IMG/VR virus record: IMGVR_UViG_3300005529_000002
Span: 1-64,000 of that record
Source of the DNA: a virus
Strand: one strand, 5' to 3'
Length of the DNA: 64,000 bases
Shown here: in pieces, positions 1 to 8,120 of the stretch
How positions within the stretch are numbered: position 1 is the first letter of the stretch
Layout: the number at the start of each line of letters is the position of its first letter
Notes under the pieces: generated by a model
Told to the model about the DNA's origin: nothing
The model's database searches: none
The model's input: the letters and a program-made list of their open reading frames with translations, nothing else
Position numbers and translations under genes: made by a program

Positions 1-21
1 AACGATGAAGGTCCCAAAAGA

Positions 22-1659
22 CTATTCCTCCCCTGGTTCTTCCCAGACCGGTATCACCGCGATATCCGCGGGCTGCCTCGGCCCGGTGCGGGTCACCATG
101 ACAGCCCTGACGAGCGGTCTCAGCATCTCACGGAGCCGGGCAGCGGGAAGGAGGTCCCACGACTCGAGGACGCCCGCCACCGCGGGGAGGAACACGGCGG
201 TGTTCGCGTCCGCCGCAGCCCGCGCCGCCTTCAGCGACCGTTCCGCCGCGGCCCGGTCAGCGAGCATCCCCGCCCGCGCCGCCTCGTAGCTGGACGCCGG
301 CGTGGTCTCGTCCATCGCCTGCATCCGCACCGACTTGGCGAGCGCCTTGTCGATGCGCTCGATTTCCCGCTGGAGCCTGCCCGTGTCCGTCTTCGCCCGG
401 ATCACCGTCGTGCCCCTCGCCGCCTCTGCCTCGGCCGCGGCATCGATGTCAGCGGCCCACTTCGCGATCTCGGCCAGCACGGCCTCCTCGACGCGGCGGC
501 GCTGCACCCACACGCCGGGGCAGCCGCGGTGCTGCACCCAGTTCGGGCACCGGTACGCCCACCCGGTCCTGCCGCCGCCCGCGTTGGAGATGCTGAGCCG
601 CGCCTTGCACGTCCCGCACCGGACCAGGCCGGCCAGCGGGTAGACGGGATCCTGGTGACGCGGCGGGACCGTCCTGGTTTCCTCCCGGCGCCGCAGGTAC
701 TTCTCCCACAGTTCCGGGCCGATGACGGGCGGCTGCCCGCCGGGTATCCATGCCGCCCGGCCGCAGAAGTTGAGGTTCTTCCCGCACCGGCAGTCCGGGT
801 CGTGGATGCGGAGCAGCCCGGCGCCGAACCCGGAGTCGAGCACGAAGAACAGCGCCCGGCGGCCGAACGTCGCGCCGCGGGCCGTCCTGGCCCCGGTGCC
901 GTTGATCCAGCGCAGCAGCGCGGCGGCTCCCTCCCCGGCGACGTACCGCTCGTACGCCTCCGCCAGGACAGGGCCGGTCACCGGGTCGGTCTCGTACCGC
1001 TCCCCGGGGTCGTCCGGGTCAGCACGGTACAGCCTCGGGTTGTCCTCACGGCGGACCCGGCCCTTGCGGACGTAGCCGAACCGCGGGCCGCCGGTGCCGG
1101 GGAGCTTGCGGTCCCTGCGGGAGGCGTGCGCGGCCTTCCAGTTCTCGCCGATGATGTCCGACTGCATCTCCGCGAGCGCGAACGCGTTGGTCCGGGTGTA
1201 CTTGCCGATCGCGGTCTCCACGTCGAACGGCTCGGTGACTGACACGACCCGCCCGCCGGCCGCCTCGACGCGGAAGGCGTTGGCGAGGGATTCCATCGCG
1301 TTGCGGCCCCACCGGTCGAACCGGTAGACGAGGATCTCCGAGGCTTCCCGCTGCTCTATCCGGGCTATGGCCAGGGTCACCTTGCGCCTGAAGTTCCGCC
1401 CGCTGTTGTCGAGATCTTCCACCCAGCCGATGATACGGCGCCCGGTCTGGCGTGCCCGGCGGGAGATCGCGGCACGCTGGATCTGCGGGGAAATCATTTC
1501 CTCGCGTTTCATCGACACCCGCAGGTAGCCGATGGCGGGAACGGGGGTGCTCTGCCGGTCAGCGGCCACCGGGGACCGCCGGAGGGGCTTCCGCCTCGAC
1601 ACCGACATAAAGGAGCCGGCCCCCCTCATCGCGAAGGCGGTGGACCGCCTTCCTCTCAC
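22..1659 (-). CDS. Large serine recombinase (phage integrase)
   Basis: Catalytic GYLRVS motif, YRFDRWGR, recombinase domain, Zn-ribbon (GLVRCGTC..YRC..C) and coiled coil. The start could be later (e.g. MSVSRRKP). Confidence 0.93.
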   Translation of the reverse strand: MRGRRSTAFAMRGAGSFMSVSRRKPLRRSPVAADRQSTPVPAIGYLRVSMKREEMISPQIQRAAISRRARQTGRRIIGWVEDLDNSGRNFRRKVTLAIARIEQREASEILVYRFDRWGRNAMESLANAFRVEAAGGRVVSVTEPFDVETAIGKYTRTNAFALAEMQSDIIGENWKAAHASRRDRKLPGTGGPRFGYVRKGRVRREDNPRLYRADPDDPGERYETDPVTGPVLAEAYERYVAGEGAAALLRWINGTGARTARGATFGRRALFFVLDSGFGAGLLRIHDPDCRCGKNLNFCGRAAWIPGGQPPVIGPELWEKYLRRREETRTVPPRHQDPVYPLAGLVRCGTCKARLSISNAGGGRTGWAYRCPNWVQHRGCPGVWVQRRRVEEAVLAEIAKWAADIDAAAEAEAARGTTVIRAKTDTGRLQREIERIDKALAKSVRMQAMDETTPASSYEAARAGMLADRAAAERSLKAARAAADANTAVFLPAVAGVLESWDLLPAARLREMLRPLVRAVMVTRTGPRQPADIAVIPVWEEPGEE

Positions 1660-1847
1660 TCATCGGGCACCGCTTGCCTCAGAGCCGCAGCAAGGGCTGC
1701 GCGATGCCATTCGACGGGCACTATCACTGCTGCAGGAGTGTCGTACCGGAGGATCGTGATATGCGCGCCGCCGTGCTCGACCTGATCCAGCAGAACCCGG
1801 AAGTTGCGCCGTGCCTCATCGCTGCGGATCTGGCGGTCCTTGCTCAC
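1656..1847 (-). CDS. Phd/YefM-family antitoxin-like DNA-binding protein (no adjacent toxin)
   Basis: IRSDEARRNFRVLLDQVEHGGAHITILRYDTPAAVIVPVE fits the Phd pattern; GTGA overlap with the integrase start. Confidence 0.8.
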   Translation of the reverse strand: MSKDRQIRSDEARRNFRVLLDQVEHGGAHITILRYDTPAAVIVPVEWHRAALAAALRQAVPDE

Positions 1848-1862
1848 ATGGCGAGTCTACAG

Positions 1863-1874
1863 TGTCGTACGACA
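1863..1874. promoter_or_regulatory. Palindromic operator upstream of phd-int
   Basis: Perfect palindrome TGTCGTACGACA just upstream of the ATG at 1847. Confidence 0.55.
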
Positions 1875-1882
1875 TAACCCAA

Positions 1883-2170
1883 CTAACCGGCTTGGCGGAT
1901 GAGCGCTGTGAGCACTTTCCCGTACGCCAGCGCGTGCTCCAGCGTCGGCACCGCGGCTCCCGTTTCCCACGAGGAGACGGCCTGCCGGCTGACGCCGATC
2001 ACCCGCGCCATGTCGGCGGCTGTTACGCCGGCCGCTTCGCGGCGTTCCCGTGCCGCATCCGATGCGAGGTCGGCGCGGATCCGGACGGCGGCGGCGAGGT
2101 CGGCGGGGCGCACGGGATCAGGGTAGAGGCCTGGCGGGCGGTTGTCATGGGGTGGGCAAGCGAGCGTCAA
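1883..2170 (-). CDS. XRE-family HTH protein
   Basis: ARERREAAGVTAADMARVIGVSRQAVSSWETG. Start uncertain. Confidence 0.8.
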   Translation of the reverse strand: MTLACPPHDNRPPGLYPDPVRPADLAAAVRIRADLASDAARERREAAGVTAADMARVIGVSRQAVSSWETGAAVPTLEHALAYGKVLTALIRQAG

Positions 2171-2195
2171 GCACCCGTCATCCGCCCTTCAGGGG

Positions 2196-2223
2196 TACAG
2201 AGATAATCCCTGTTATCTTTGCA
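2196..2223. other. dif/res-like 28-bp tyrosine recombinase site
   Basis: TACAGAGATAA-TCCCTG-TTATCTTTGCA: 11-bp inverted arms (9/11 match) around a 6-bp spacer, with ATAA/TTAT inner cores. Confidence 0.7.
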
Positions 2224-2226
2224 TGC

Positions 2227-3285
2227 ATGCACGAGGTCGGGAGATACGAGCCGGTCCCCGCCGGAGACGGCGGCCGGCCGGCACCGGAACAGCTCATACT
2301 CCGCTGGCTGATCACCAAGCGATCCCCGCATACCCGGTTCGGCTACGGCCGGGATCTCGGTGTCCGGCTCCCGCGTCCCGGCGCGACCCGGATCGGCGAT
2401 CCGCGGCCAGCGGCGGCACCGGACTGGCTGGCATGGTGCCGCTCCGTCGGCATCGACCCGCTCGCCGGGGTGAGCCAGGAGCATATCGGGGCGTGGGCGC
2501 GCACCATGGAAGCCGCGGGCCTGTCCGGGGCGACCGTGGCCCGCAGGCTGGCGGCCGTGTCGTCCTGGTACGCCTGGATGAGAGAGCAGGGCCATGTCCC
2601 GGCGAACCCGGCCGAAGGGCTCGCCCGGCCGCAGCTCGACGCCGACACGTCCACCACACCCGGGCTGACGAAGGATCAGGCTCTCAGGATGCTCTCGGCA
2701 GCCGACTCGGCACGGTGGCCGCAGGCTGTGCGCAATGCCGCGCTCGCTGCGCTGCTGCTGTTCACCGGGGCCCGTGTGAGCGAGGCGTGCGGCGCGACCC
2801 TGGCCGATCTCAGCATGGACCGCGGGCACAGGGTGCTGCTGGTCAAGCGCAAGGGAGCCGGCAAGAAGCAGCCGCTCGCTCTCCCGGCGCCCGCGCTCGA
2901 GCGGCTGGACGCCTACCTCGCCGGTCGAGGCGACCTCGAGCGGCTGCCGGCCGTCGCCGGTACCGCAGGCCGCGAACGCCCGCTCATCGCCACGGCCTCG
3001 GGGCAGCCGATGCGCCCGGCCGACGTGTGGGCGCTCATGCGGCGGCTCGGCCGGGCGGCGAAGCTGCCCCCGGAACTGGTAGGGAAGATGGGCGCTCACT
3101 CGATGCGGCACAGCTTCGCCACGCTCTACCTCGACTCCGGCGGCAGCCTGCGGGATCTCCAGGACGCGATGGGCCACAAGGACCCGCGGACAACGCGCCG
3201 GTACGACAGGGCACGGGGCCTACTTGACCGCTCCCCCGGCTACAAGCTCGCCGAGTACTTGTCGGGTGGTGCGGGCGACGAGTAG
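2227..3285 (+). CDS. XerC/D-like tyrosine recombinase
   Basis: SAM-like N-domain (ATVARRLAAVSSWY) plus TGARVSE, HSMRH, MGH and TTRRY catalytic motifs. Confidence 0.93.
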   Translation: MHEVGRYEPVPAGDGGRPAPEQLILRWLITKRSPHTRFGYGRDLGVRLPRPGATRIGDPRPAAAPDWLAWCRSVGIDPLAGVSQEHIGAWARTMEAAGLSGATVARRLAAVSSWYAWMREQGHVPANPAEGLARPQLDADTSTTPGLTKDQALRMLSAADSARWPQAVRNAALAALLLFTGARVSEACGATLADLSMDRGHRVLLVKRKGAGKKQPLALPAPALERLDAYLAGRGDLERLPAVAGTAGRERPLIATASGQPMRPADVWALMRRLGRAAKLPPELVGKMGAHSMRHSFATLYLDSGGSLRDLQDAMGHKDPRTTRRYDRARGLLDRSPGYKLAEYLSGGAGDE

Positions 3286-3688
3286 GGCCTGGATCGAGGT
3301 CCCCCCGGACCAGGGATGGGGACCGGCCGCAGCGCTCAAGGGATGGCTCACCGGAGAATGCGGTTACCGCGTAGCGGAGCACCGCGGCACCGGGCTGGTG
3401 ATGATCGAGGTCCGCGGTGAGCCAGGGCCGGCGTGGGACCCGCCGGGATGGTCGCCGTGGTGGCTGGAGCCTCAGCTTGAGCAGGCAGCGCCGGGGAGCC
3501 TGCTGGAGGACACGGTCATCTGGGTTGACCAGCCGGCCGTGGTGGAGCTGAGGAACGGGGCCTGGGTACGGGTGAGAGCAGGACCGCAGTGGAGGGACGA
3601 CCGGCGGAGATGGTGCGTGAAGCTCCGGTTGGATAGCGGCGAGGGCGTGTACGTCTTCGATCCGGCGCATGTCCGGCGGGGATTATGA
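3224..3688 (+). CDS. Hypothetical protein
   Basis: Protein-like ORF following the recombinase; the true start is probably near 3268. Confidence 0.55.
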   Translation: MTAPPATSSPSTCRVVRATSRAWIEVPPDQGWGPAAALKGWLTGECGYRVAEHRGTGLVMIEVRGEPGPAWDPPGWSPWWLEPQLEQAAPGSLLEDTVIWVDQPAVVELRNGAWVRVRAGPQWRDDRRRWCVKLRLDSGEGVYVFDPAHVRRGL

Positions 3689-3699
3689 GCAGCAGCGAG

Positions 3700-3990
3700 G
3701 AGAGGGGGTCCGGCGCGGCGCTGGCCGGGAAGCCTGGGCGGGCCGTCCCAAGACAGGGTTCACTGCCAAGATCACCCGATGCGGACGGCCCGCCGCGAGT
3801 TAAACCTACAACCAGAGTGCAGGTTTGCTTGGACCTAGGCCCCGGATCTCCAACGGAACTTGCACCTTCAGCGGCGGGTGGAGGTTTGCCCCGTGGGTCA
3901 CGGTACGGGGCCAGACCGTCAGGTGACCTCGGGAGCCAGTCTCTGAGCACCGGCAAGCTCCCGGTTTCCCGGCAATGCCCCATCCCTCAG
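3700..3990. ncRNA. Candidate multi-stem structured RNA
   Basis: Nested complementary segments 3724-3734/3963-3973, 3737-3748/3783-3794, 3817-3825/3857-3865, 3888-3894/3905-3911 and 3931-3936/3957-3962; no convincing ORF. Confidence 0.45.
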
Positions 3991-4018
3991 ACGGTCACCC
4001 CAAACGGGGATCCTGGGG

Positions 4019-4120
4019 TCAGTTTAGCTGCTGCCGCATTAGCTGGAGTTGCATGATGCCGACTAGCAGGGATGCCGTCGAGATGATCACGCCGATGACG
4101 GCGATTGTCTTGTTGCTCAC
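4019..4120 (-). CDS. 33-aa hydrophobic peptide MSNKTIAVIGVIISTASLLVGIMQLQLMRQQLN (type I toxin-like or membrane peptide)
   Basis: GGAAGGAG Shine-Dalgarno 6 nt before GTG; one TM-like helix; below the ORF-track length cutoff. Confidence 0.65.
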   Translation of the reverse strand: MSNKTIAVIGVIISTASLLVGIMQLQLMRQQLN

Positions 4121-4178
4121 GGGACGCTCCTTCCGGATCGTTGGCCCTCGCCTTGACTGGCGAGGGCGCTTCGCCCGG

Positions 4179-4220
4179 AAAGTAGCACACAGAGTTACGC
4201 AAATTGCGGTGCCTTGTCAA
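4179..4220 (-). promoter_or_regulatory. Sigma70-type promoter for the peptide gene
   Basis: TTGACA at 4220-4215 with TAACTC 17 nt downstream; alternative extended -10 TGcTACTTT ending at 4179. Confidence 0.45.
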
Positions 4221-4753
4221 GCACCGACACGCGGTTTACCAGGAAGAACGTTCTCCCGGGCGACCCTGAACGCGTCAGACAGCAGGTCCAGCGCAGTCTG
4301 CGGGTCGGTGATCCCCCGGCGCTGCAACTTGTCGAGATGGGCCTGGACTTGACAGTCCATGCGCCTGAGTGCTTCGCCGTAGGCCGCGATTCCCCTGCTG
4401 TTCGGCAGATGGCGGCGCAACTGGGTGCCCACATCGCCCTCCTCGGTGTCGATGCGGACGACGGCCCAGCCCCAGCCTCTCACCGTCCGGTCGCGCTCAC
4501 CGTCGCGCTTGCGTACCGACTGGGCACCGTGGACCCAGCCGTCTGCCTCGATCGCAATACGCTCGACCGGGATGGCGAAGTCGAGCCGATAGGGGCCGAG
4601 GTTGAACTGGGTCTCCACATCGCGCGGGGTGTAACCGGGATGCCCGAGTTGAATCGCCACCAGGGCCTCGCTGACGTTCTTGACGGTCCACCCGCCACTG
4701 CGGGCGACCTCGAGCGCTGCGACGCCGACAGGATGCTTGGCGGATACGCTCAC
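4217..4753 (-). CDS. DUF559/Vsr-like PD-(D/E)XK endonuclease
   Basis: QFNLGPYRLDFA..RIAIEADGWVH..RDGERD..GWAVVRI. Confidence 0.85.
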   Translation of the reverse strand: MSVSAKHPVGVAALEVARSGGWTVKNVSEALVAIQLGHPGYTPRDVETQFNLGPYRLDFAIPVERIAIEADGWVHGAQSVRKRDGERDRTVRGWGWAVVRIDTEEGDVGTQLRRHLPNSRGIAAYGEALRRMDCQVQAHLDKLQRRGITDPQTALDLLSDAFRVARENVLPGKPRVGA

Positions 4754-5005
4754 CCCTGTACCTCCTCGCTGCAATCCTTCGCCTCGGTGTTCCAGACGTG
4801 GTAGCCGCCACCGGACATCTGGTGAGCGTACTCGGCTGCCAGCGTCACCGGCTCGGCGTGCGTTGCCAGGAACACATAGCGGAGCACTGATGCGGGTGAG
4901 ACATCCTGGCGTTCCGGCGAGGACAGCGGCATGCTCCTCGTCGCTGAGCCTCACGCCAACCATGTGCTGCCGCTGGCGGGACTTGCTGCCGCTCCGCTTA
5001 GTCAC
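4750..5005 (-). pseudogene. Frameshifted MobC/RHH-like DNA-binding protein
   Basis: RSGSKSRQRQHMVGVRLSDEEHAAVLA continues most plausibly in another frame as ERQDVSPASVLR; shift near 4914. Confidence 0.5.
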
Positions 5006-5324
5006 CGGTCACCACCTCCCATGGCCCGTAGGTCACCGTACGGCGGACCGCTACGGCGTCTGCGCGGGAAGCGACATACCGGGCTACCCCTTCGCCGCCG
5101 GCGCAGTAGTGAACATGGCCATCCGGGAACCGGTACCCCCACTCGGTCTCCGTGGAGCCGGTGCGGACGATGCTGTACCCGGCATCGGCGAGGATCTTCA
5201 CGACCGCACGGGCCTGCCAGGACTCGCGGGCCTCATCCGGGGAGATGCGAGCGATAGCGCTGCCCGGGTTGAACAGGGCATCCTTGATGATGCCTTCGAT
5301 GGCCCAGGCTTCACGATCGGGCAC
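4998..5324 (-). CDS. Hypothetical phage protein
   Basis: Coupled ORF in the leftward operon. Confidence 0.55.
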   Translation of the reverse strand: MPDREAWAIEGIIKDALFNPGSAIARISPDEARESWQARAVVKILADAGYSIVRTGSTETEWGYRFPDGHVHYCAGGEGVARYVASRADAVAVRRTVTYGPWEVVTGD

Positions 5325-5637
5325 CGGCTCCCCCTCCTCGCAGATCCTCCGGCCGCGGCAGCGTCTCGCCTCTCGCGAGCCTGCGCAGGCTGGTCCGCAT
5401 GTCACCGTACGGCCCCACGTTGCGGGCACCGGTCCGTTCCAGCGTCCCGTCCGCCTCGTCCAGGGCGAGGATTTCCCGGGCCATCCTGCGGCGGATTGAG
5501 CGCTCCAGGGCGGGCATGGCGGCGGCGAGGACATCAGCGGCGAGCCTCATGTCGTTGTCGTCGGGCGGTCCGCCGTGGCAGTCGTTCCCCAGTACGCGGG
5601 CAGCGGCCTTAACCGCTTCGGGCGGGAAGTCAGGCAT
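5311..5637 (-). CDS. Hypothetical phage protein
   Basis: Coupled ORF with GGAG RBS. Confidence 0.6.
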   Translation of the reverse strand: MPDFPPEAVKAAARVLGNDCHGGPPDDNDMRLAADVLAAAMPALERSIRRRMAREILALDEADGTLERTGARNVGPYGDMRTSLRRLARGETLPRPEDLRGGGAGARS

Positions 5638-5986
5638 CGGCGCTCTCCAGGTAACGCCATTCGATGCGGGTTACCTCTGTATCCGGCCGGCACCCCTTGT
5701 GCGAGCCGCAGAAGAACTCCGTGAACTCGGCCGGGGTCATGTCCTCGAACCCTTCGGCGGTCACGTCGTCCTCGGTGATGTCCCAGAGCGGCTCCCGGCG
5801 CACCGACACCACTTCGACGTCCACGATGCGCTCCAGCGGCTCGCCGGGCTTGCGGCCCATGACCTTGCGGCACAAGGTGAGCTTGTCGCCGGATTTGAGC
5901 ATGAGCCAGCCCATGCGGCGGGTGACGGTCTTGGACCGGGCGCGGACCTGGGGTTCGGTGAGCGACACCGACATGAGCCTAGGCAT
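5630..5986 (-). CDS. ASCH-domain protein
   Basis: SKTVTRRMGW..GD..VEVVSVRREPL..ITEDDV.AEGF. Confidence 0.75.
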   Translation of the reverse strand: MPRLMSVSLTEPQVRARSKTVTRRMGWLMLKSGDKLTLCRKVMGRKPGEPLERIVDVEVVSVRREPLWDITEDDVTAEGFEDMTPAEFTEFFCGSHKGCRPDTEVTRIEWRYLESADA

Positions 5987-6449
5987 CGGTGCTCCCCGGC
6001 AGTAGAGCGGGCATCGTGTTATGCGCGTAGACGGCGGCGAGCTGGGGGCTCAGCCAGTCGCCGACTGTCCGGCCGTCAGGCAAGGCGATGTGCGCGAGGA
6101 ACTCGTCTTCGACGGTGGAGATGCCCGCTTCGACGGCTTCGAGCTTGGCCTTGATCACCAGGGCCAGGGCGCGCCACCGCTGCCGGACGGCCTGCTCGTA
6201 AGCCTCTTCGGCTGCCGGCGCGGAGCGCTCGCGGCCGGTCGGGGTGAGGGTGAACTCCTCCGATGCAGGGTGGGGCAGCGGCAGCCTGAACCTGATGTGC
6301 CGGTCGCCGAGCTTGAACGCGACCTGCGCCTGGTTCCCTTCCCAGCTGTAGGCGAACGCGGTAGCACCGTACCTGCGGAGGGTCCGCTCAATCTCGGTGC
6401 GGCTCTTGTCGCTGCTGACCTCTGTACCGGCCGCGTACCTACCCGGCAT
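5979..6449 (-). CDS. Conserved phage hypothetical protein
   Basis: YAAGTEVSSDKSRTEIERTLRRYGA..QRWRAL.LVIKAKLEAVEAGIST.EDEFL, a recurrent phage family. Confidence 0.75.
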   Translation of the reverse strand: MPGRYAAGTEVSSDKSRTEIERTLRRYGATAFAYSWEGNQAQVAFKLGDRHIRFRLPLPHPASEEFTLTPTGRERSAPAAEEAYEQAVRQRWRALALVIKAKLEAVEAGISTVEDEFLAHIALPDGRTVGDWLSPQLAAVYAHNTMPALLPGSTDA

Positions 6450-6807
6450 CGCCAGCCCCCTCCCCTAGCAGGGCACGGGTGATGGCCCGGTACGTCGGGC
6501 ACGGCCAGGACCGCCACGCGCCCGAACTGAACGACTCCTCGTCCTCGTCGCTGAGATCGATGGCGCATCCGGTGCACATGCCGCGCCCGACGTACCGGTG
6601 GTCAGTCAGTATCGCCTCAAGGGCAGCGATGAGAGCCGGGGTGTACGCGTCCCGGAGCGCGATCAGGTGGCCGTGCTGGACAGGCTGGTGATAGCCGGTG
6701 CCGGGACCGGCCTCGCGCAGGCAGGTCCGGATCTCCTCCAGCATGGCGGACAGCTCGTCTGTTGTGCCCGCTGGCCGGTCTGCTGTGCCGTCAGTTGAGT
6801 CAGGCAT
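6439..6807 (-). CDS. Hypothetical protein (CxxC..WPCPT motif)
   Basis: Coupled ORF. Confidence 0.6.
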   Translation of the reverse strand: MPDSTDGTADRPAGTTDELSAMLEEIRTCLREAGPGTGYHQPVQHGHLIALRDAYTPALIAALEAILTDHRYVGRGMCTGCAIDLSDEDEESFSSGAWRSWPCPTYRAITRALLGEGAGDAG

Positions 6808-7255
6808 GATCACTCCTGAGCGGGTCCGCAACCGAGATCAGGCTGCCGCCTCTGCTCATCGGGATACTGTCCGCGTCAAGAGTGTCGTTCACGAACGAGG
6901 CGAGCCACTGCTCTTTCGTCCACCGGTCGCTGGCGAAGACGGTAGCGCCGTGCTCGCACCACGCAGCCAGCTCGTCCAGCGTCCGGAAGACAGGCGACAG
7001 CGGGGTGCCCTCGCTGGTGGTCTCGTACAGCTGGTAGCCGTACGGGGTGCCTTCGGGGATCGCCGGCATGTACCTGTCCGGGTCGATCTTGATGTAATCG
7101 TCCGGGTGCGGGTTCCCTGCGTTGCTCCTGACGTGGTCGCGGAGGGTTGCCCGCGAGTACAGCGGCACATAGCGCGGCGAGCCGTCGCTGTAGGTGCCGG
7201 GCCGGCGCGGATGCTCCCAGCCGAACGGGACGGGACGTACTTCCCGGTTGCCCAT
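6800..7255 (-). CDS. Conserved phage hypothetical protein
   Basis: MGNREVRPVPFGWEHP..GYQLYETTSEGTPLSPVF. Confidence 0.7.
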   Translation of the reverse strand: MGNREVRPVPFGWEHPRRPGTYSDGSPRYVPLYSRATLRDHVRSNAGNPHPDDYIKIDPDRYMPAIPEGTPYGYQLYETTSEGTPLSPVFRTLDELAAWCEHGATVFASDRWTKEQWLASFVNDTLDADSIPMSRGGSLISVADPLRSDHA

Positions 7256-7275
7256 GGTCAGAGTCCTCTCCCCGC

Positions 7276-7593
7276 CTAGAAAGGCGGCTCGTCGTCGTAA
7301 CCGTCAGGGTGGTATTTCGCCCGGTGATTCCAGCGCTTCCACCCGCTGATACGCCACCTGATCCGTTCTCGCAGCGAAGGGTGCCAATCCCACGGGTCCT
7401 CTGGCGGGTCCGGATCGCGCTGGCTGCCATCAGGGTTGATGTAGCCCATGGCCAGATCGTCTTTGTATTCGTCGTAGCGGTCGTCATCGTCGTAGTCGTC
7501 CGGGTCCGGGTCGTAGTCGTCGTACAGGTCGTCGGCGTAGGTCAACTCAGAACTCCCAGGTGTCCAGGCCTTCGCCGCCGTGCGGGTCAGCAC
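7276..7593 (-). CDS. Acidic hypothetical protein
   Basis: Asp/Tyr-rich ORF ending DDEPPF; start uncertain. Confidence 0.5.
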   Translation of the reverse strand: MLTRTAAKAWTPGSSELTYADDLYDDYDPDPDDYDDDDRYDEYKDDLAMGYINPDGSQRDPDPPEDPWDWHPSLRERIRWRISGWKRWNHRAKYHPDGYDDEPPF

Positions 7594-7744
7594 CTATTAC
7601 GTCCTCATCGGCGATGACGGGTGGCTCGTAGTCCACGTTTCCCGCAGCGTCTACGTAGAGACCGTTGTCCTGCGCCCAGGCCAGGTAGTCGGACTCCGGG
7701 TAGCACTCGGGGCTCAGGTCATGGTCGCGGTACCAGTCAGGCAC
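7547..7744 (-). CDS. Small acidic hypothetical protein
   Basis: Coupled ORF. Confidence 0.5.
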   Translation of the reverse strand: MPDWYRDHDLSPECYPESDYLAWAQDNGLYVDAAGNVDYEPPVIADEDVIGADPHGGEGLDTWEF

Positions 7745-8120
7745 TGGTTTGCTCCTCTCCCGCCGTAACGGCGGCTGTCTCGTCCTCTGCCGGGCTGGCC
7801 ACGGCGAACGCTTCCACGCTGTCCCGGATGTCGAAATGCTTCGTGAGCCCCAGCACCAGGAACAGCCTCAGTACCGGTTCCCGGTCGCAGGCCACGCCCA
7901 GGCGGCGGCCACGGGATTCCGCGAGCCGCTGTGCTGCGACCAGCACGCCGCAGCCGACGGCGTCGGTGAACTCCACCCCGGTCAGGTCGGCAATCACCAG
8001 ATCTGCGCTGCCGTGCTCAATGGCATCTCGCAGGATGCGCCGGAACCTTGGTACCTCGTAGATGTTCAGGTCAGCCGGGGCGGTGATCATGGTCGCTGGT
8101 GTCGTGGTGGTGCCGGTCAT
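7737..8120 (-). CDS. STAS-domain anti-sigma factor antagonist
   Basis: DLNIYEVPRFR..VIADLTGVEFTDAVGCGVLV..VLRLFLVLGLTKHFDI. Confidence 0.85.
   Translation of the reverse strand: MTGTTTTPATMITAPADLNIYEVPRFRRILRDAIEHGSADLVIADLTGVEFTDAVGCGVLVAAQRLAESRGRRLGVACDREPVLRLFLVLGLTKHFDIRDSVEAFAVASPAEDETAAVTAGEEQTSA

Noticed and set aside
1-21. attL/attP site next to the integrase stop
   Set aside because: Plausible location, but only 21 nt are visible and no partner site can be compared.
3880-3930. Hammerhead or HDV ribozyme on the minus strand (CTGACGG..CAAAC)
   Set aside because: Does not match the CUGANGA/GAAA core or HDV topology; kept only as a possible pseudoknot.
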